A stretch of 64,000 bases of DNA from Blastocatellia bacterium (GCA_035315885.1 DATFXM010000194.1:44825-108824); one strand, 5' to 3'; shown: positions 50,384-61,183, counted from the stretch's first letter. A program made the numbers and translations. Notes: a model not told the origin generated them from the letters alone.

Positions 50384-50860
50384 TTGAGGGGAGCACGAAA
50401 AGAGATGCACCCGCAAAGGGCGACAGAGGCCGGGTTGGGTCTGATGGAAGCGGTAGTCGGCACGCTTCTCGGGCTGATTCTCGCTGCAACAGTTGTGTAC
50501 TTCGCGCGCCGTGCTTACAACCTCTATGAGTTGAATTCGATAACTCAAAACGTGGCCGATGAGCTTTCGCTGGCTGAGGAGCAAGCCAAAGCGCGGGGCG
50601 TCCGGATAAGCGTCATCTTCGATTCAACACGCTCCAAGTTTGGCATCGACCGAAATGGAAACGGAAAGCTGGATAACATCGAAGCAGACGACATGCCCGA
50701 GGGCGTCAGCCTGTCTGACGATGCCGTGGTGACCTTCACCAAAGACGGTGAGCTTGCGTCAGGCTCAAAGCAGCCACGCATCATCATAAGCAACAGCAGA
50801 AACGCTCGAAGCGTTACCGTTTCCTCTCTGGGTGCCATAGAGATCAACGAGATTGATTAG
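50384..50860 (+). CDS. Orphan type II secretion/type IV pilus pseudopilin-like protein (GspH-like)
   Basis: Prepilin-like N-terminus GLGLMEAVVGTLLGLILAATVVYF (Gly then hydrophobic helix with Glu at +5), ~130-aa beta domain. Confidence 0.55.
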   Translation: MRGARKEMHPQRATEAGLGLMEAVVGTLLGLILAATVVYFARRAYNLYELNSITQNVADELSLAEEQAKARGVRISVIFDSTRSKFGIDRNGNGKLDNIEADDMPEGVSLSDDAVVTFTKDGELASGSKQPRIIISNSRNARSVTVSSLGAIEINEID

Positions 50861-50905
50861 TCTGTCGCTAGACTGCTTTGACAGAGACTGGAGTCGCTCT
50901 GTCAA

Positions 50906-50953
50906 CGCGGGCGGGTCATAGCCTCGTGCTTTGGTTCGCCCGCACTTTTTTTT
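50906..50953 (+). terminator. Rho-independent terminator after the pseudopilin gene (GCGGGCGGGTC...GGTTCGCCCGC stem followed by T9)
   Basis: GC-rich inverted repeat followed by TTTTTTTTT at 50944-50953. Confidence 0.65.
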
Positions 50954-51014
50954 CGGGCTCGTCGTTCCCCGCCACCTGCACCGCTGCTAGAATTGACTCT
51001 TCATTCCACGCGGT

Positions 51015-51497
51015 ATGTCGCTGGAGAAAATCTTGCGAATCGGCGTCATCTCCGATACCCACGGCCTCTACGATGAATCCATCACTTCATTGTTCCGCGG
51101 CGTGGACGCAATCATTCATGCGGGCGATATCGGTAGGCTCGAGGTGATCGATCGTCTCGAAGCAATTGCACCGGTTATCGCGGTCGAGGGAAACAACGAT
51201 GCGTTCCGGCGGTTTCCTTCGGAGAAGGTCGAGGAGTTCGCCGGCCGCCGAGTTCTGGTGACTCACATCTTCGGCGAGCTACACCAGATCCGGAGAGAGC
51301 AGAAGAAACTGATCGAAACAGTGCGGCCGAACATTGTGATCTTCGGGCACTCGCACCGTCCATACACACACAAGCTCGGTCAAATCCTGCTTTTCAATCC
51401 CGGAAGTGCGGGACCTCGACGTTTCAACCTGCCGAGGACTGTGGGTTTGCTGCACCTCACGCGAAGGCGGGTCAGAACGGAAATCGTCACTCTCTAA
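51015..51497 (+). CDS. YfcE/MJ0936-family metallophosphoesterase
   Basis: GVISDTHG, GDIG, GNND, GHSH metallophosphoesterase motifs; 160 aa. Confidence 0.8.
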   Translation: MSLEKILRIGVISDTHGLYDESITSLFRGVDAIIHAGDIGRLEVIDRLEAIAPVIAVEGNNDAFRRFPSEKVEEFAGRRVLVTHIFGELHQIRREQKKLIETVRPNIVIFGHSHRPYTHKLGQILLFNPGSAGPRRFNLPRTVGLLHLTRRRVRTEIVTL

Positions 51498-51562
51498 ACA
51501 AGGTCGCTGCCTCCCCGCCAATTGGTGAAGGACGTGAGTGCGTCGGACCAGAAAGTTGACGA

Positions 51563-53221
51563 TCAAACCTCGACGACAACCGGAATGATGATCGGGCGAC
51601 GGCCGGTGGTTTTTTGAATGTAGCGCTTGAGCGCCAGTCGAACTTTTTCCTTGATCACCCCGTAGTCGATGCGCTCTTCGTGAGCTGCCGATGAAATGGT
51701 CTCGTTGACGATTCGCTTCAGCTCGGCAATCAATTTGGCGGAGTCTTCTTCGTGAATAAAGCCTCGTGTCACAATCTCGGGCTCAGACTCAATCTCGCCC
51801 GAAGTCGGATTCAACGCAACAATCGGCAGCACGATGCCGTCATAAGAAAGATGCTTGCGGTCGCGTACAACCATGTCCTCGACTTCGCCGTAGCTTCCAT
51901 CGATGAACGTCCGCCCAACAAACTCCTTAGCAACTATCTGCGCGCGCGACTCGCTCAGTTCCAGCACGTCCCCGTTCTCGATCACCACGATGTTTTCTGA
52001 TTCAACTACGCCAAGTGTATCGGCCCACTCCTTATGCCGATAGAGCTGCCGGTGCTCGCCATGAATCGGGATTAGGAATTTTGGCCTCGTCGCCTCGATG
52101 AGGATCTTGATGTCCTCCTGGCTGGCGTGACCGGAAACGTGAACTCGAGCAACAGACGTATCGATCACTCTGGCTCCACGCTTATAGCAGTGCGAGATCA
52201 ATCGAGAGATCGCCGGCTCGTTACCTGGAATCTGGCGCGAAGACAACACGATTGTATCCCCGGGTCCGGCGCAAAGGTTCTTGTACTGGTCAGTAGCGAA
52301 CTTGGTCATTGCGGACATCGGATCGCCCTGACAACCCGCAACCAGAAGCACGAGCCGGTCATCGTCCGTTTGCCGCGCATCGGCCGGGCTGAGAAATAAA
52401 CCGTCGGGTATGTCTAGCTGGCGCATGCTATCGGCAGTCTCGACATTTCTGAGCATGCTCCGTCCGAGCAGCGCCACCTTTCTGCCGAATTCTCGCGCCA
52501 GGTCGAGCACGATCTGAATCCTGTGAACCGAAGTTGTGAAACAACTGATGACAATGCGCTGGTCGGCTTCTTCAAATATCCGTTCGAGAGCAGGAACAAC
52601 TGCGCGCTCCGATTGGGTCCTGCCGGGCCGCTCGGCATTTGTAGAATCGGCAAGCAGCGCGAGCACTCCTCTGTCGCCGTACTCAGTGAGGCGGCCCAGA
52701 TCGGTAGCCCTCCCAATCACCGGCGTCTCATCCATCTTGAAATCGCCCGAGTGGATCACGACCCCAACTGACGTGGTGATGGCCACCGCACAGCACGATG
52801 TGAGACTGTGTGCGACGTGAATCCACTCAACCTGGATCTTGCCGAGGTCAACGATCTGGCGCGGCTCGATTGCATGGAGCTGTGCAATGTCACTCAGCCC
52901 GTGCTCTTCCAGTTTGTTATCAAGAAGGGCGAGCGTGAAATGAGTGCCGTAGACCGGCGCATCGATCTCTTTCAACAGGAACGGGACCGCGCCAATGTGA
53001 TCTTCGTGTCCGTGGGTGAGGATTATTGCGGCTATTTCATCGCGGTACTGCTCGATGAACGAGAAGTCGGGAATCAGAATATCCACGCCGGGCGCATCCG
53101 CCTCAGGGAAACCCATGCCCGCGTCAATGAGAATTGTCTGACCATCGCAGCGGAGTGCCATCATATTCATTCCGAAGACACCCACACCGCCCAGCGGGAT
53201 CAACTCGACTGTTCCTGGCAT
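51563..53221 (-). CDS. rnj: Ribonuclease J
   Basis: Metallo-beta-lactamase HGHEDHIG, beta-CASP and C-terminal domain; 552 aa. Confidence 0.9.
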   Translation of the reverse strand: MPGTVELIPLGGVGVFGMNMMALRCDGQTILIDAGMGFPEADAPGVDILIPDFSFIEQYRDEIAAIILTHGHEDHIGAVPFLLKEIDAPVYGTHFTLALLDNKLEEHGLSDIAQLHAIEPRQIVDLGKIQVEWIHVAHSLTSCCAVAITTSVGVVIHSGDFKMDETPVIGRATDLGRLTEYGDRGVLALLADSTNAERPGRTQSERAVVPALERIFEEADQRIVISCFTTSVHRIQIVLDLAREFGRKVALLGRSMLRNVETADSMRQLDIPDGLFLSPADARQTDDDRLVLLVAGCQGDPMSAMTKFATDQYKNLCAGPGDTIVLSSRQIPGNEPAISRLISHCYKRGARVIDTSVARVHVSGHASQEDIKILIEATRPKFLIPIHGEHRQLYRHKEWADTLGVVESENIVVIENGDVLELSESRAQIVAKEFVGRTFIDGSYGEVEDMVVRDRKHLSYDGIVLPIVALNPTSGEIESEPEIVTRGFIHEEDSAKLIAELKRIVNETISSAAHEERIDYGVIKEKVRLALKRYIQKTTGRRPIIIPVVVEV

Positions 53222-53297
53222 ATCAAATCAACCGTGCGGCTCTGAACTGCTCTGAACCGCGGTTGCATTATAACATTCAGTGTTCCATTCCTGACTG

Positions 53298-54170
53298 TCA
53301 TCTATTCGAAAGGAGCTCAGCAAACAGAGTGCCGAATTCCTTCAGGGACAAAGTCTCAGCTCGGCGTGATGGGTCGATGGCGGCACGAGCTAAAGCAAGC
53401 TCTGGAGGCTGCGAAAAGCGCAGCCGTTGGGCCGAATGCCTCAAATTGTTCAGGATCGTTTTTCTACGCTGCGCGAATGCCGCCTTCACGAACTCGAAAA
53501 ACTGATTCTGGTCAGCAACCTCGATCGCCGGCCGTTTGAGCACTCGAAGCCGGACTACCGAAGAGTCTACTTTTGGCACCGGTTTGAATGCCTGCGGAGG
53601 AACGTCAAACAATCGACTTGCTTCAGAATAGAACGCCACCAGCACTGACAGGTAACCGTATAGCTTTCCACCCGGTCCGCTCGTCATCCGATCGACAACT
53701 TCCTTCTGAAGCATCAGAGTCAAGTCATCAAACGTCCCCCCGCCTGCCGCGTGGCTTCTCCCCGCAAGCAAGAGCCGCTCGATGATCGGCGTCGAAACGT
53801 AGTAAGGGAGGTTCGCCACCGCCCGAGTTCTCTTCAGCGGAATCGCTTGCGAGGCAGCAGCGGAAGGCGAGGTCTCGTGCATGCCTTCCAGCGCAAGCTG
53901 CGCGAAATCGATTGTGAGTGCGTCGCCCTCCACCAGCGCGAAGTTCTGCGTGTTGATCGACTCGCGCAGCTCCGCGGCAAGGCGATGGTCAATCTCAATA
54001 GCGATAACCTTTCCTGCGCGCTCGACCAGAGACCTTGTGAGGGCGCCGGTTCCGGGTCCGATTTCGATGATGAGATCTTCGCGATTGGGCGCAACCGCGT
54101 CGACAATTCGCCGCGCGATGCCGCGGTCAATCAGAAAATTCTGGCCCAGGCTCTTTTTCGGTGTCAGCAC
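53298..54170 (-). CDS. rsmA: 16S rRNA (adenine1518/1519-N6)-dimethyltransferase
   Basis: LGQNFL..., SAM-binding EIGPGTGALT, NLPY motif. Confidence 0.9.
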   Translation of the reverse strand: MLTPKKSLGQNFLIDRGIARRIVDAVAPNREDLIIEIGPGTGALTRSLVERAGKVIAIEIDHRLAAELRESINTQNFALVEGDALTIDFAQLALEGMHETSPSAAASQAIPLKRTRAVANLPYYVSTPIIERLLLAGRSHAAGGGTFDDLTLMLQKEVVDRMTSGPGGKLYGYLSVLVAFYSEASRLFDVPPQAFKPVPKVDSSVVRLRVLKRPAIEVADQNQFFEFVKAAFAQRRKTILNNLRHSAQRLRFSQPPELALARAAIDPSRRAETLSLKEFGTLFAELLSNR

Positions 54171-54173
54171 GTC

Positions 54174-55268
54174 CTACGCTATCTCGAGTAGCGTTGGATA
54201 ACCCGTTAGCTCGGTGTGATTCGACTCATGGGTCGAAGTCACGTCGGCAAAGTCGAATTCCACCTCGCCCAGCGTCATGCGAGTACTCGAACCGAAATCA
54301 AAATCGGCAGAAGCAAGCAGCGTGAGTTTGTCTAGTACTCTGAAGTTTGCTTCGTCAGCGAAATCAAATGCTCCCGGCGTTGCCAGGAAGCTTGTGACAC
54401 CCAGCTTGCCGAGGGCCATCATCAGTTCGTTGATCTCGAAGTGCTCGGGGCCGGAGGGCCGGTCGCCTCCTGCAGTCACTATGCGCAACCCCGCGCGCGC
54501 CGCATGGTTTTGCATTGTCGCAAGGTCGCTCAGCTTCCAAACAATAACGTCGGAGTTCCCTGCGAATTTGTTGCGGAGCTTGTCGACAATTCGATCGACA
54601 GCTACCAGCACCAGTGGTCGATGACGGTGTTGCTGGAGCTTCGCGTTTACCAGCTTAGCTTCGGATCGGTACTCGCCTCCGAGAACCAATGCATCGTAGG
54701 CCACTACATCCGAACACAGCTCTTTCGAGGGCGACCAGTCTGCCGCGGGTTTGTGCGAGCTCGTTATCGAGCCTTCGTCGGTTTGAGATCCAACGATGTG
54801 TTCGGCGACCGCGTGCACGAACGGCAACCTTGTCGTTATGAACTTCGAGTAGGACTCGATCAGTTTCCTCGACTCCTCTTCGCAAAGACCTACTTCGACG
54901 TCTATTCCGGCGGCTCGGAGTTGTTCAATGCCGCGACCGTTCACCTTTGGATTCGGATCGCGGATCGCGATCACTGCGCGAGCGATCCTCGCGGCAATCA
55001 GAGCATCGGTGCACGGCGGAGTCCTTCCCTGAGTGCAACAAGGTTCGAGCGTGCAGTAGAGCGTAGCGCCTGCCGCGTTTTTGCCGGCGCTCTCGAGCGC
55101 GTAGGACTCAGCGTGTTTGAGGCGGTCGAAGCGGTGATAGCCCTCTCCGACGACGCGACCGTCCTTTACCAGTAGCGCGCCGACCATCGGGTTTGGGCTC
55201 ACGAGTCCGGCGCCGAGGCGAGCCAGCTCCAGCGCGCGTTTCATCAGGACTCTTTCGGCTTCCATCAT
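54174..55268 (-). CDS. ribD: Riboflavin biosynthesis deaminase/reductase RibD
   Basis: CMP/dCMP-deaminase zinc motif HAE..(n)..PCxxC (LEPCCTQGRTPPC) followed by a RibD_C-like reductase domain; 364 aa. Confidence 0.75.
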   Translation of the reverse strand: MMEAERVLMKRALELARLGAGLVSPNPMVGALLVKDGRVVGEGYHRFDRLKHAESYALESAGKNAAGATLYCTLEPCCTQGRTPPCTDALIAARIARAVIAIRDPNPKVNGRGIEQLRAAGIDVEVGLCEEESRKLIESYSKFITTRLPFVHAVAEHIVGSQTDEGSITSSHKPAADWSPSKELCSDVVAYDALVLGGEYRSEAKLVNAKLQQHRHRPLVLVAVDRIVDKLRNKFAGNSDVIVWKLSDLATMQNHAARAGLRIVTAGGDRPSGPEHFEINELMMALGKLGVTSFLATPGAFDFADEANFRVLDKLTLLASADFDFGSSTRMTLGEVEFDFADVTSTHESNHTELTGYPTLLEIA

Positions 55269-55282
55269 CTGATTAACTCAAT

Positions 55283-56377
55283 TCATACTCGATAACGCGT
55301 GTTCTCTGGCACCTCGTACCCCTTCAAAACAACGTTCTCGAGCTTCATATTTGCGATCGCCGAGAATCCCAACCCATCGTCCTCCCCAGCCACCAGCCGT
55401 CGACATCCAGCAGCAGCGATCATCGCCGCGTTATCAGTAGTCAATACCGGGCTCGGGAAATACACCGGCACACCAAAGTCGATAGCGCTGACTTGTTCTC
55501 GCAGCGCGCTGTTGCACGCAACGCCTCCCGCCAAAATGATCGTCCGAGGCGGATGACGATGTACTGCCGCTTGCAATCGCTTCAGCAGCGATTGGACAAC
55601 TTTTTCCTGAAAGCTCGCAACCAGATCCAGGATCTTTCGGTCCGGCGCTCCAACGCTGTCCCCCTCTGCGGTTCCCACCGACACTGGATCAATTCCTTGC
55701 TCCCGCACGTAGCGCATGACCGCCGTCTTCAGCCCGCTGAAACTGAAGTCCAGATTGCCTCCCTCCATGCGCGGAACCGTAAACACCAGTTCAGCACTGC
55801 TCGAATTACCATTTCGTGCAAGCCTATCGATCACCGGACCTCCCGGATAGCCCAGCCCCAACAGCTTTGCAACTTTGTCGAACGCTTCCCCTGCCGCATC
55901 GTCTCGGGTGCGTCCTAACACCCCGTACTTTCCTTCCTCGGGAATCAGAAACAGAGTAGTGTGCCCGCCGGACACTACGAGCGCGAGGGCGGGATATTGC
56001 ACCGGAGGATTCTCGAACGCCACCGAGTAGATATGGCCTTCAATGTGATTGACTCCCACGAGCGGTTTCGCGGCGGCCATCGCCAGAGATTTGGCGAAGC
56101 TGATTCCCACCAGCAGCGACCCAACCAATCCCGGCCCTTGCGTAACCGCAATTCCATCCACCTGCCCGATTGTCACTTCCGCGGCCTCGAGCGCCCCACG
56201 TACAATCGCGTCGATCGTTTCGAGATGCTCGCGAGAGGCCAGCTCGGGCACCACTCCGCCAAACGGCGCATGCGTCTTGATCTGCGAAGCTATGATGTTG
56301 GACTTTATCAGGCGGCCATCCTCGACCACCGCCGCCGCCGTCTCGTCGCATGAGCTCTCAATCCCCAGCACCAACAT
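55283..56377 (-). CDS. tsaD: tRNA N6-adenosine threonylcarbamoyltransferase
   Basis: [22 protein letters not shown] motifs of the Kae1/TsaD family. Start set at MLVLGIESS. Confidence 0.9.
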   Translation of the reverse strand: MLVLGIESSCDETAAAVVEDGRLIKSNIIASQIKTHAPFGGVVPELASREHLETIDAIVRGALEAAEVTIGQVDGIAVTQGPGLVGSLLVGISFAKSLAMAAAKPLVGVNHIEGHIYSVAFENPPVQYPALALVVSGGHTTLFLIPEEGKYGVLGRTRDDAAGEAFDKVAKLLGLGYPGGPVIDRLARNGNSSSAELVFTVPRMEGGNLDFSFSGLKTAVMRYVREQGIDPVSVGTAEGDSVGAPDRKILDLVASFQEKVVQSLLKRLQAAVHRHPPRTIILAGGVACNSALREQVSAIDFGVPVYFPSPVLTTDNAAMIAAAGCRRLVAGEDDGLGFSAIANMKLENVVLKGYEVPENTRYRV

Positions 56378-56519
56378 AAACCGACATTCTACACGAGGAC
56401 GCACACGAGGGGCGAAGCCCGCAGGGCGAAGAAATGACCCGGAGACCTTGCGATCTTTGCGTCAAAGCCTGACAAGCGATAGCATACCCGCGCGTCAAGC
56501 CAGCCCCTTGGAGAAAAAC

Positions 56520-57530
56520 ATGAAGGCAGCAGTCATTCGCGAATATCACCAGCCGCTCTCTATCGAAGACCTTGAAATGCCCCGATCGGGCCCTGACGAA
56601 GTGCTCATCCAAATCGAAGCCTGCGGCGTATGCCACTCCGATTTGCACATCGCCGAAGGCGACTGGAAGAGCCTCCTCCGGTTGATCAAGCAACCCCTTG
56701 TTCCGGGCCATGAAGTCGTGGGCCGCGTGATCGAGAAAGGAGAAGACGTCCACCATCTTGAAATCGGAGATCGAGTGGGAGTCGCATGGGTTCACTGGAC
56801 GTGCGGCGAATGCGAGTTCTGTCGCGAGGGAAACGAGAACCTCTGCACCAACCAGAGCATCACCGGGGCAACCGTGGACGGCGGATTTGCCGAATTCATG
56901 AAAGCCAAGGCATCGCACGCCTTGAAGGTTCCCCAACAGCTGTCGTCAGCCGAGGCAGCGCCTCTCTTTTGCGCCGGAGTGACCGTCTATCGCGCAATCA
57001 AAAACTCAGGCATAAAACCTGGGCAGCGACTCGTGGTGTTCGGAATTGGCGGGCTCGGGCACCTAGCCGTCCAGATCGCAAGAACTCTTGACGCAGAAGT
57101 GATGGCCGTGGACGTCAGCGATGACAAGCTCGAGTTTGCCGGGAGGCTGGGCGCCGGCATCACCCTCAACGCGACAAGAGAAGACGTCGTGAAACGAATT
57201 CGAAAGATGGGCGGCGCGCATGTTGCGGTGGTGACTTCCGGGTCGAAAGCTGCGTACGATTCTGCGTTCTATTCAGTCCGATCAGGCGGAACTTTGATGG
57301 TGGTTGGAATGCCGGCCGAAGACTTGAGTTTTCCCGCGATAATGATGCGGGAGATGCGGATTCAGTCTTCGGCGACCGGTACGCGCGATGACCTGCGCGC
57401 AGTGCTCGATCTGGCCGCCGCCGGCAGAATCAAATGTCAAATCGAGACCGAGCCCTTGTCTAATGTGAACGTCGTTTTGGACCGGATGCGCGCGGGTAAG
57501 ATAACCGGCCGCGTAGTACTGAAGCTTTGA
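56520..57530 (+). CDS. Zinc-dependent alcohol dehydrogenase (MDR family)
   Basis: GVCHSDLH, structural-zinc Cys cluster C..C..C..C, Rossmann GIGGLGH. ORF-track start 56049 rejected (antisense overlap with tsaD). Confidence 0.85.
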   Translation: MKAAVIREYHQPLSIEDLEMPRSGPDEVLIQIEACGVCHSDLHIAEGDWKSLLRLIKQPLVPGHEVVGRVIEKGEDVHHLEIGDRVGVAWVHWTCGECEFCREGNENLCTNQSITGATVDGGFAEFMKAKASHALKVPQQLSSAEAAPLFCAGVTVYRAIKNSGIKPGQRLVVFGIGGLGHLAVQIARTLDAEVMAVDVSDDKLEFAGRLGAGITLNATREDVVKRIRKMGGAHVAVVTSGSKAAYDSAFYSVRSGGTLMVVGMPAEDLSFPAIMMREMRIQSSATGTRDDLRAVLDLAAAGRIKCQIETEPLSNVNVVLDRMRAGKITGRVVLKL

Positions 57531-57594
57531 TAAGACTCTGACCGGATCTGATTAGTGAAGCTTACTGCCCGCGCAGACTTGGTGGCGTTGCGAT

Positions 57595-58395
57595 CTATCT
57601 CCCCTGAAACTTTGGCGGCCTCTTTTCGTGAAATGCCGCGATCCCTTCCTTAACATCCTCGCTGTAGTTGGTCACCATCACTGACAGCGCCGCGTCTTCA
57701 AGCGCATTTTCAAGGTCCATCGTCTGCTGCTTGTACATCATCCTCTTGGCAATTCGAATTGCGATCGGCGGACCTTGTGCAAGCCGCTCGGCCCAGTCGC
57801 GCGCAACGCGCATCAGATCCTGATCCGGAACAACTTCAGTCACCAGTCCAAGACGTTTGGCCTCCGCAGCCGGGTAAACCTCCGACAAGAGCGACATCTT
57901 CAACGCGTTCTGCAGACCCATGAATCGGGGAAACAGGTAGGCACCGCCTTCGTCCGGGATCAACGCAAACTTCAGGCTCGTGTCACCGAGTCGGGCGCTC
58001 TCGGCGGCGATGCGAAAATCGCAGCAGAGCGCCAGGGTCAGACCTCCCGCAACCGCCGCACCATTGATCGCAGCAATCGTGGGCTTGTCGAACCTCCTCA
58101 ACAGCGTCACCAGCCGGTGCATGTTTTCGCGCATTTCCAACATCGCTTCCATCCGGTGACCGCGATATCGTGCGGGATACTGAAAATCCGGGCTGATGTC
58201 ACCACCCGAGCAGAATCCCCGTCCCGTACCGGTGATTATCACCGCGCGAGTAATGTCATCGTCCCTGGCATCCGATAGCGCTGCGATGATCTCGTGTACC
58301 ATCACCTCTGAATAGGCGTTCAGTTTCGCGGGCCTGTTCAAAGTTACAGTCGCGATATGACTCTCTTTTGAATAGATGATCTCGCGAAACTCCAT
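57595..58395 (-). CDS. Enoyl-CoA hydratase/isomerase (crotonase) family protein
   Basis: Crotonase fold with oxyanion-hole glycine block AAINGAAVAGG. Confidence 0.85.
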   Translation of the reverse strand: MEFREIIYSKESHIATVTLNRPAKLNAYSEVMVHEIIAALSDARDDDITRAVIITGTGRGFCSGGDISPDFQYPARYRGHRMEAMLEMRENMHRLVTLLRRFDKPTIAAINGAAVAGGLTLALCCDFRIAAESARLGDTSLKFALIPDEGGAYLFPRFMGLQNALKMSLLSEVYPAAEAKRLGLVTEVVPDQDLMRVARDWAERLAQGPPIAIRIAKRMMYKQQTMDLENALEDAALSVMVTNYSEDVKEGIAAFHEKRPPKFQGR

Positions 58396-58404
58396 AGCAC
58401 TCCC

Positions 58405-59193
58405 CTATCGCCCGGTGAACCGGGGCTCACGCTTCTCCATAAACGCTCGAACGCCTTCCTTGTGATCTTCGGTGAACGAACATCGAATATGAGTCTCAGC
58501 TTCACGATCGAGTAGCGTGCGAAAGTCGGTGCTTGCGGCCATATTCACGTTCGACTTCATGTACCGATAGCTGGTTAGTGGACCGTGAGCGACTCGCGAC
58601 GCAACACTGCTCACTTCGGCGGACAAACTCTCCGCCGAAACAACCCGATTTATCAGACCGATTCTGAGTGCTTCGGCAGCATCGATGATGTCGCCGAGGA
58701 AAAAAAGTTCTTTGGCTTTTGGGCCTCCGACATAGTGCGTCAGCAGCCATGTCGTCCCGAAATCGCCGCCGTAACCAACCTTCGCGTACGCCGTACCAAA
58801 CCGAGCCTGCTCGGAAGCGATGCGCAAATCGCATGACAGACAGACGCCGAGCCCCGCTCCCATCGCGAATCCGTTTACCGCTGCGACAGTTACCTTTGGA
58901 ATGTTGTAGAGCAACCAGGAGAGCTGCTGCATTTGCCTGAGGCCATCTACTCTTTGTTCGAGTGTCTGATCTGAGTCGCGCGCCATCATCGACACATCAC
59001 CGCCCGCACAGAAGGCTCTTCCAGTTCCGGTAACAACTATGCAGCCGATTTCAGCGTCGTTACTCCAGCTATTCAGAGTCTCGATCGACCTTGCCAGCAA
59101 CTCGGGGCTCAACGCGTTGAGCTTGTCGGGTCTGTTGAAAGTAAGGGTGGCGACTCGATCCGCAACACCGGTAATGATCACATCCTCAGCCAT
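58405..59193 (-). CDS. Enoyl-CoA hydratase/isomerase (crotonase) family protein
   Basis: AAVNGFAMGAGL; second tandem crotonase paralog. Confidence 0.85.
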   Translation of the reverse strand: MAEDVIITGVADRVATLTFNRPDKLNALSPELLARSIETLNSWSNDAEIGCIVVTGTGRAFCAGGDVSMMARDSDQTLEQRVDGLRQMQQLSWLLYNIPKVTVAAVNGFAMGAGLGVCLSCDLRIASEQARFGTAYAKVGYGGDFGTTWLLTHYVGGPKAKELFFLGDIIDAAEALRIGLINRVVSAESLSAEVSSVASRVAHGPLTSYRYMKSNVNMAASTDFRTLLDREAETHIRCSFTEDHKEGVRAFMEKREPRFTGR

Positions 59194-59226
59194 TGTATTC
59201 GCTCTCCGAAAAGATTAGCTTCGCAT

Positions 59227-59685
59227 TCAGTCGTTCATGATGATGGAGTTGATGCGATCGCCTGCCCTGATCTGTTGCACCACGTCCATGCCGTTTGTGA
59301 CACGTCCAAAAACGGCGTAGTTCATATCCAGAAACGCGGCTGGTCCGAGCGTGATGTAGAACTGGCAGGAAGCGCTGTCAGGCTGTTGAGAGCGCGCCAT
59401 TGCGAGCGCACCGGCATCTCCGTGTTTGAGTTCTTTCGAGACTTCAAGCTTGATGCGCCGCTCGCGCCCGGTTGCCGGGTCAATGAAGCCACCGGTGCCG
59501 TTGCCGATGGGACAGCCGCCCTGAATAACGAAGCCCGGCTCGTGCCGGTGGAATGTGAGGCCGTCGTAAAAACTTCTGCCTACCAGGTCAATGAAATTTC
59601 CTGTGGTAATTGGTGCTTTATCCTCGTAGAGCTCCACGGTGATGGGGCCTTTGTCGGTGTCGATCGTCGCTGTCCTGTTTGCCAT
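59227..59685 (-). CDS. Cyclophilin-type peptidyl-prolyl cis-trans isomerase
   Basis: [17 protein letters not shown] motifs; 152 aa. Confidence 0.9.
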   Translation of the reverse strand: MANRTATIDTDKGPITVELYEDKAPITTGNFIDLVGRSFYDGLTFHRHEPGFVIQGGCPIGNGTGGFIDPATGRERRIKLEVSKELKHGDAGALAMARSQQPDSASCQFYITLGPAAFLDMNYAVFGRVTNGMDVVQQIRAGDRINSIIMND

Positions 59686-59756
59686 CTTTTATGCTCCTCC
59701 TTTCCTTAAGTGGGAGTCTGGACTCTAGCACATTCAATCTGTGAATCACGAGTTGC

Positions 59757-59947
59757 GTGAGTAGGGATGAGGGGTGAGGCGAAGGGGGCGAAGTCGGTTT
59801 CGGGTTTAGGGTTTAAGGTTTCGGGGTTCATCTGATTCAGTAGCCTTTCGTCGAGTAATGCTCGCCATCCGAGTCTCTATCTGACGAACCCGAAACCCTA
59901 TACCCTAAACCCGAACCGACTTCGCCCTTTCCCCTCATCCCTCTCAA
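59757..59947. repeat. Hairpin element 9: arms GTAGGGATGAGGGGTGAGGCGAAGGGGGCGAAGTCGGTTTCGGGTTTAGGGTTTAAGGTTTCGGGGTTC / reverse complement, ~55-nt core
   Basis: Long inverted repeat made of GATGAGGG, GCGAAGGGG and GGTTTAG/GGTTTAA heptamer tandems; shares units with element 8. Confidence 0.8.
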
Positions 59948-59980
59948 CCCGCCAAATCCGATCTGCTATACTCCGCTACC

Positions 59981-61144
59981 ATGAATGTAAGCCATCTTCT
60001 CTGTTCAGCTTGCCAGAAACATTATGAACCGCGGCGTCTTTATAACCTTTGTGAATGCGGCAAACCGTTGCTTGTCCAGTACGACCTGGAAAGCGCCGCT
60101 CAATCCATGACTAAGGACGCCGTGCGCACACGCCCGGCAAACCTTTGGCGCTATCGCGAAGTGCTCCCCGTCGAGCATCCCGAAAACGTCCTATGCCTTG
60201 GCGAAGGCATGACACCCCTACTCAAGGCCACGAGGCTCGGCGCCTCCCTCGGGATGAACAACCTCTACATAAAGGATGAGTCTCTCAATCCGACTGCTTC
60301 ATTCAAGGCGAGGGGAATGGCCGTAGCCATGTCGATGGCCAAAGAGCTTGGAGTAAAGAAACTGGCCGTACCATCCGCCGGCAACGCCGCCAGCGCGCTT
60401 GCCGCTTACGCTGCAAAGGCAGGCCTGCCCGCGTTCATATTCATGCCTAAAGACGCCCCTCGCGCCAACATAATTGAATGCCGCCAGATGGGGGCTGAGG
60501 TTACTTTGATCGACGGCCTGATCACCGACTGCGGAAGAATCGTCGCCGAACGCAAACAGGTCGAGGGCTGGTTCGACGTGTCTACATTAAAAGAGCCTTA
60601 TCGCGTCGAGGGTAAGAAGACCATGGGTTATGAAGTGGCCGAACAACTCGATTGGCAATTGCCCGACGTCATTCTTTATCCGACCGGCGGCGGAACCGGA
60701 TTGATTGGCATGTGGAAAGCCTTCGACGAGATGGAACGCATTGGCTGGATCGGCAGCCATCGGCCTCGAATGGTTACGGTGCAGGCAGAAGGTTGCGCCC
60801 CAATCGTCAAGGCGTTCGCCGCAGGCGCCACTTCGGGAGCTGACATCTCGAATGCAACCACCGTAGCGGCAGGCCTCCGTGTACCCAAAGCGGTTGGCGA
60901 CTTCATCATGCTCGACGTACTTCGAAAGAGCGGCGGCACAGCGGTGGCCGTGAGCGATGCCGAGTTGCTCGACGCGGTTAAGGAGATAGGCGCCGCTGAA
61001 GGAATACTCACCGCACCCGAGGGAGCTGCATGCCTGCCCGCCTTGAAGAAGCTGCTTGCTTCGGGACAAGTAAACCTCGACGAGCGAGTCGTGCTGTTCA
61101 ACACTGGTTCAGGCTTGAAGTACCTCGATACGTTTCCTGATTAG
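59981..61144 (+). CDS. thrC: Threonine synthase (PLP-dependent, with N-terminal zinc ribbon)
   Basis: CSAC..(14)..CECG ribbon; PLP-lysine block NPTASFKARG; fold-type II PLP glycine loop GGGTG. Confidence 0.8.
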   Translation: MNVSHLLCSACQKHYEPRRLYNLCECGKPLLVQYDLESAAQSMTKDAVRTRPANLWRYREVLPVEHPENVLCLGEGMTPLLKATRLGASLGMNNLYIKDESLNPTASFKARGMAVAMSMAKELGVKKLAVPSAGNAASALAAYAAKAGLPAFIFMPKDAPRANIIECRQMGAEVTLIDGLITDCGRIVAERKQVEGWFDVSTLKEPYRVEGKKTMGYEVAEQLDWQLPDVILYPTGGGTGLIGMWKAFDEMERIGWIGSHRPRMVTVQAEGCAPIVKAFAAGATSGADISNATTVAAGLRVPKAVGDFIMLDVLRKSGGTAVAVSDAELLDAVKEIGAAEGILTAPEGAACLPALKKLLASGQVNLDERVVLFNTGSGLKYLDTFPD

Positions 61145-61183
61145 TGGAGGGCCCGCGCATCGGGCTAGGAATGACCGTAGGCT

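Noticed and set aside
56049-57530. 493-aa ORF-track call for the alcohol dehydrogenase
   Set aside because: The first ~157 codons are antisense to tsaD and low-complexity. The MDR ADH starts at MKAAVIREYHQ (56520).
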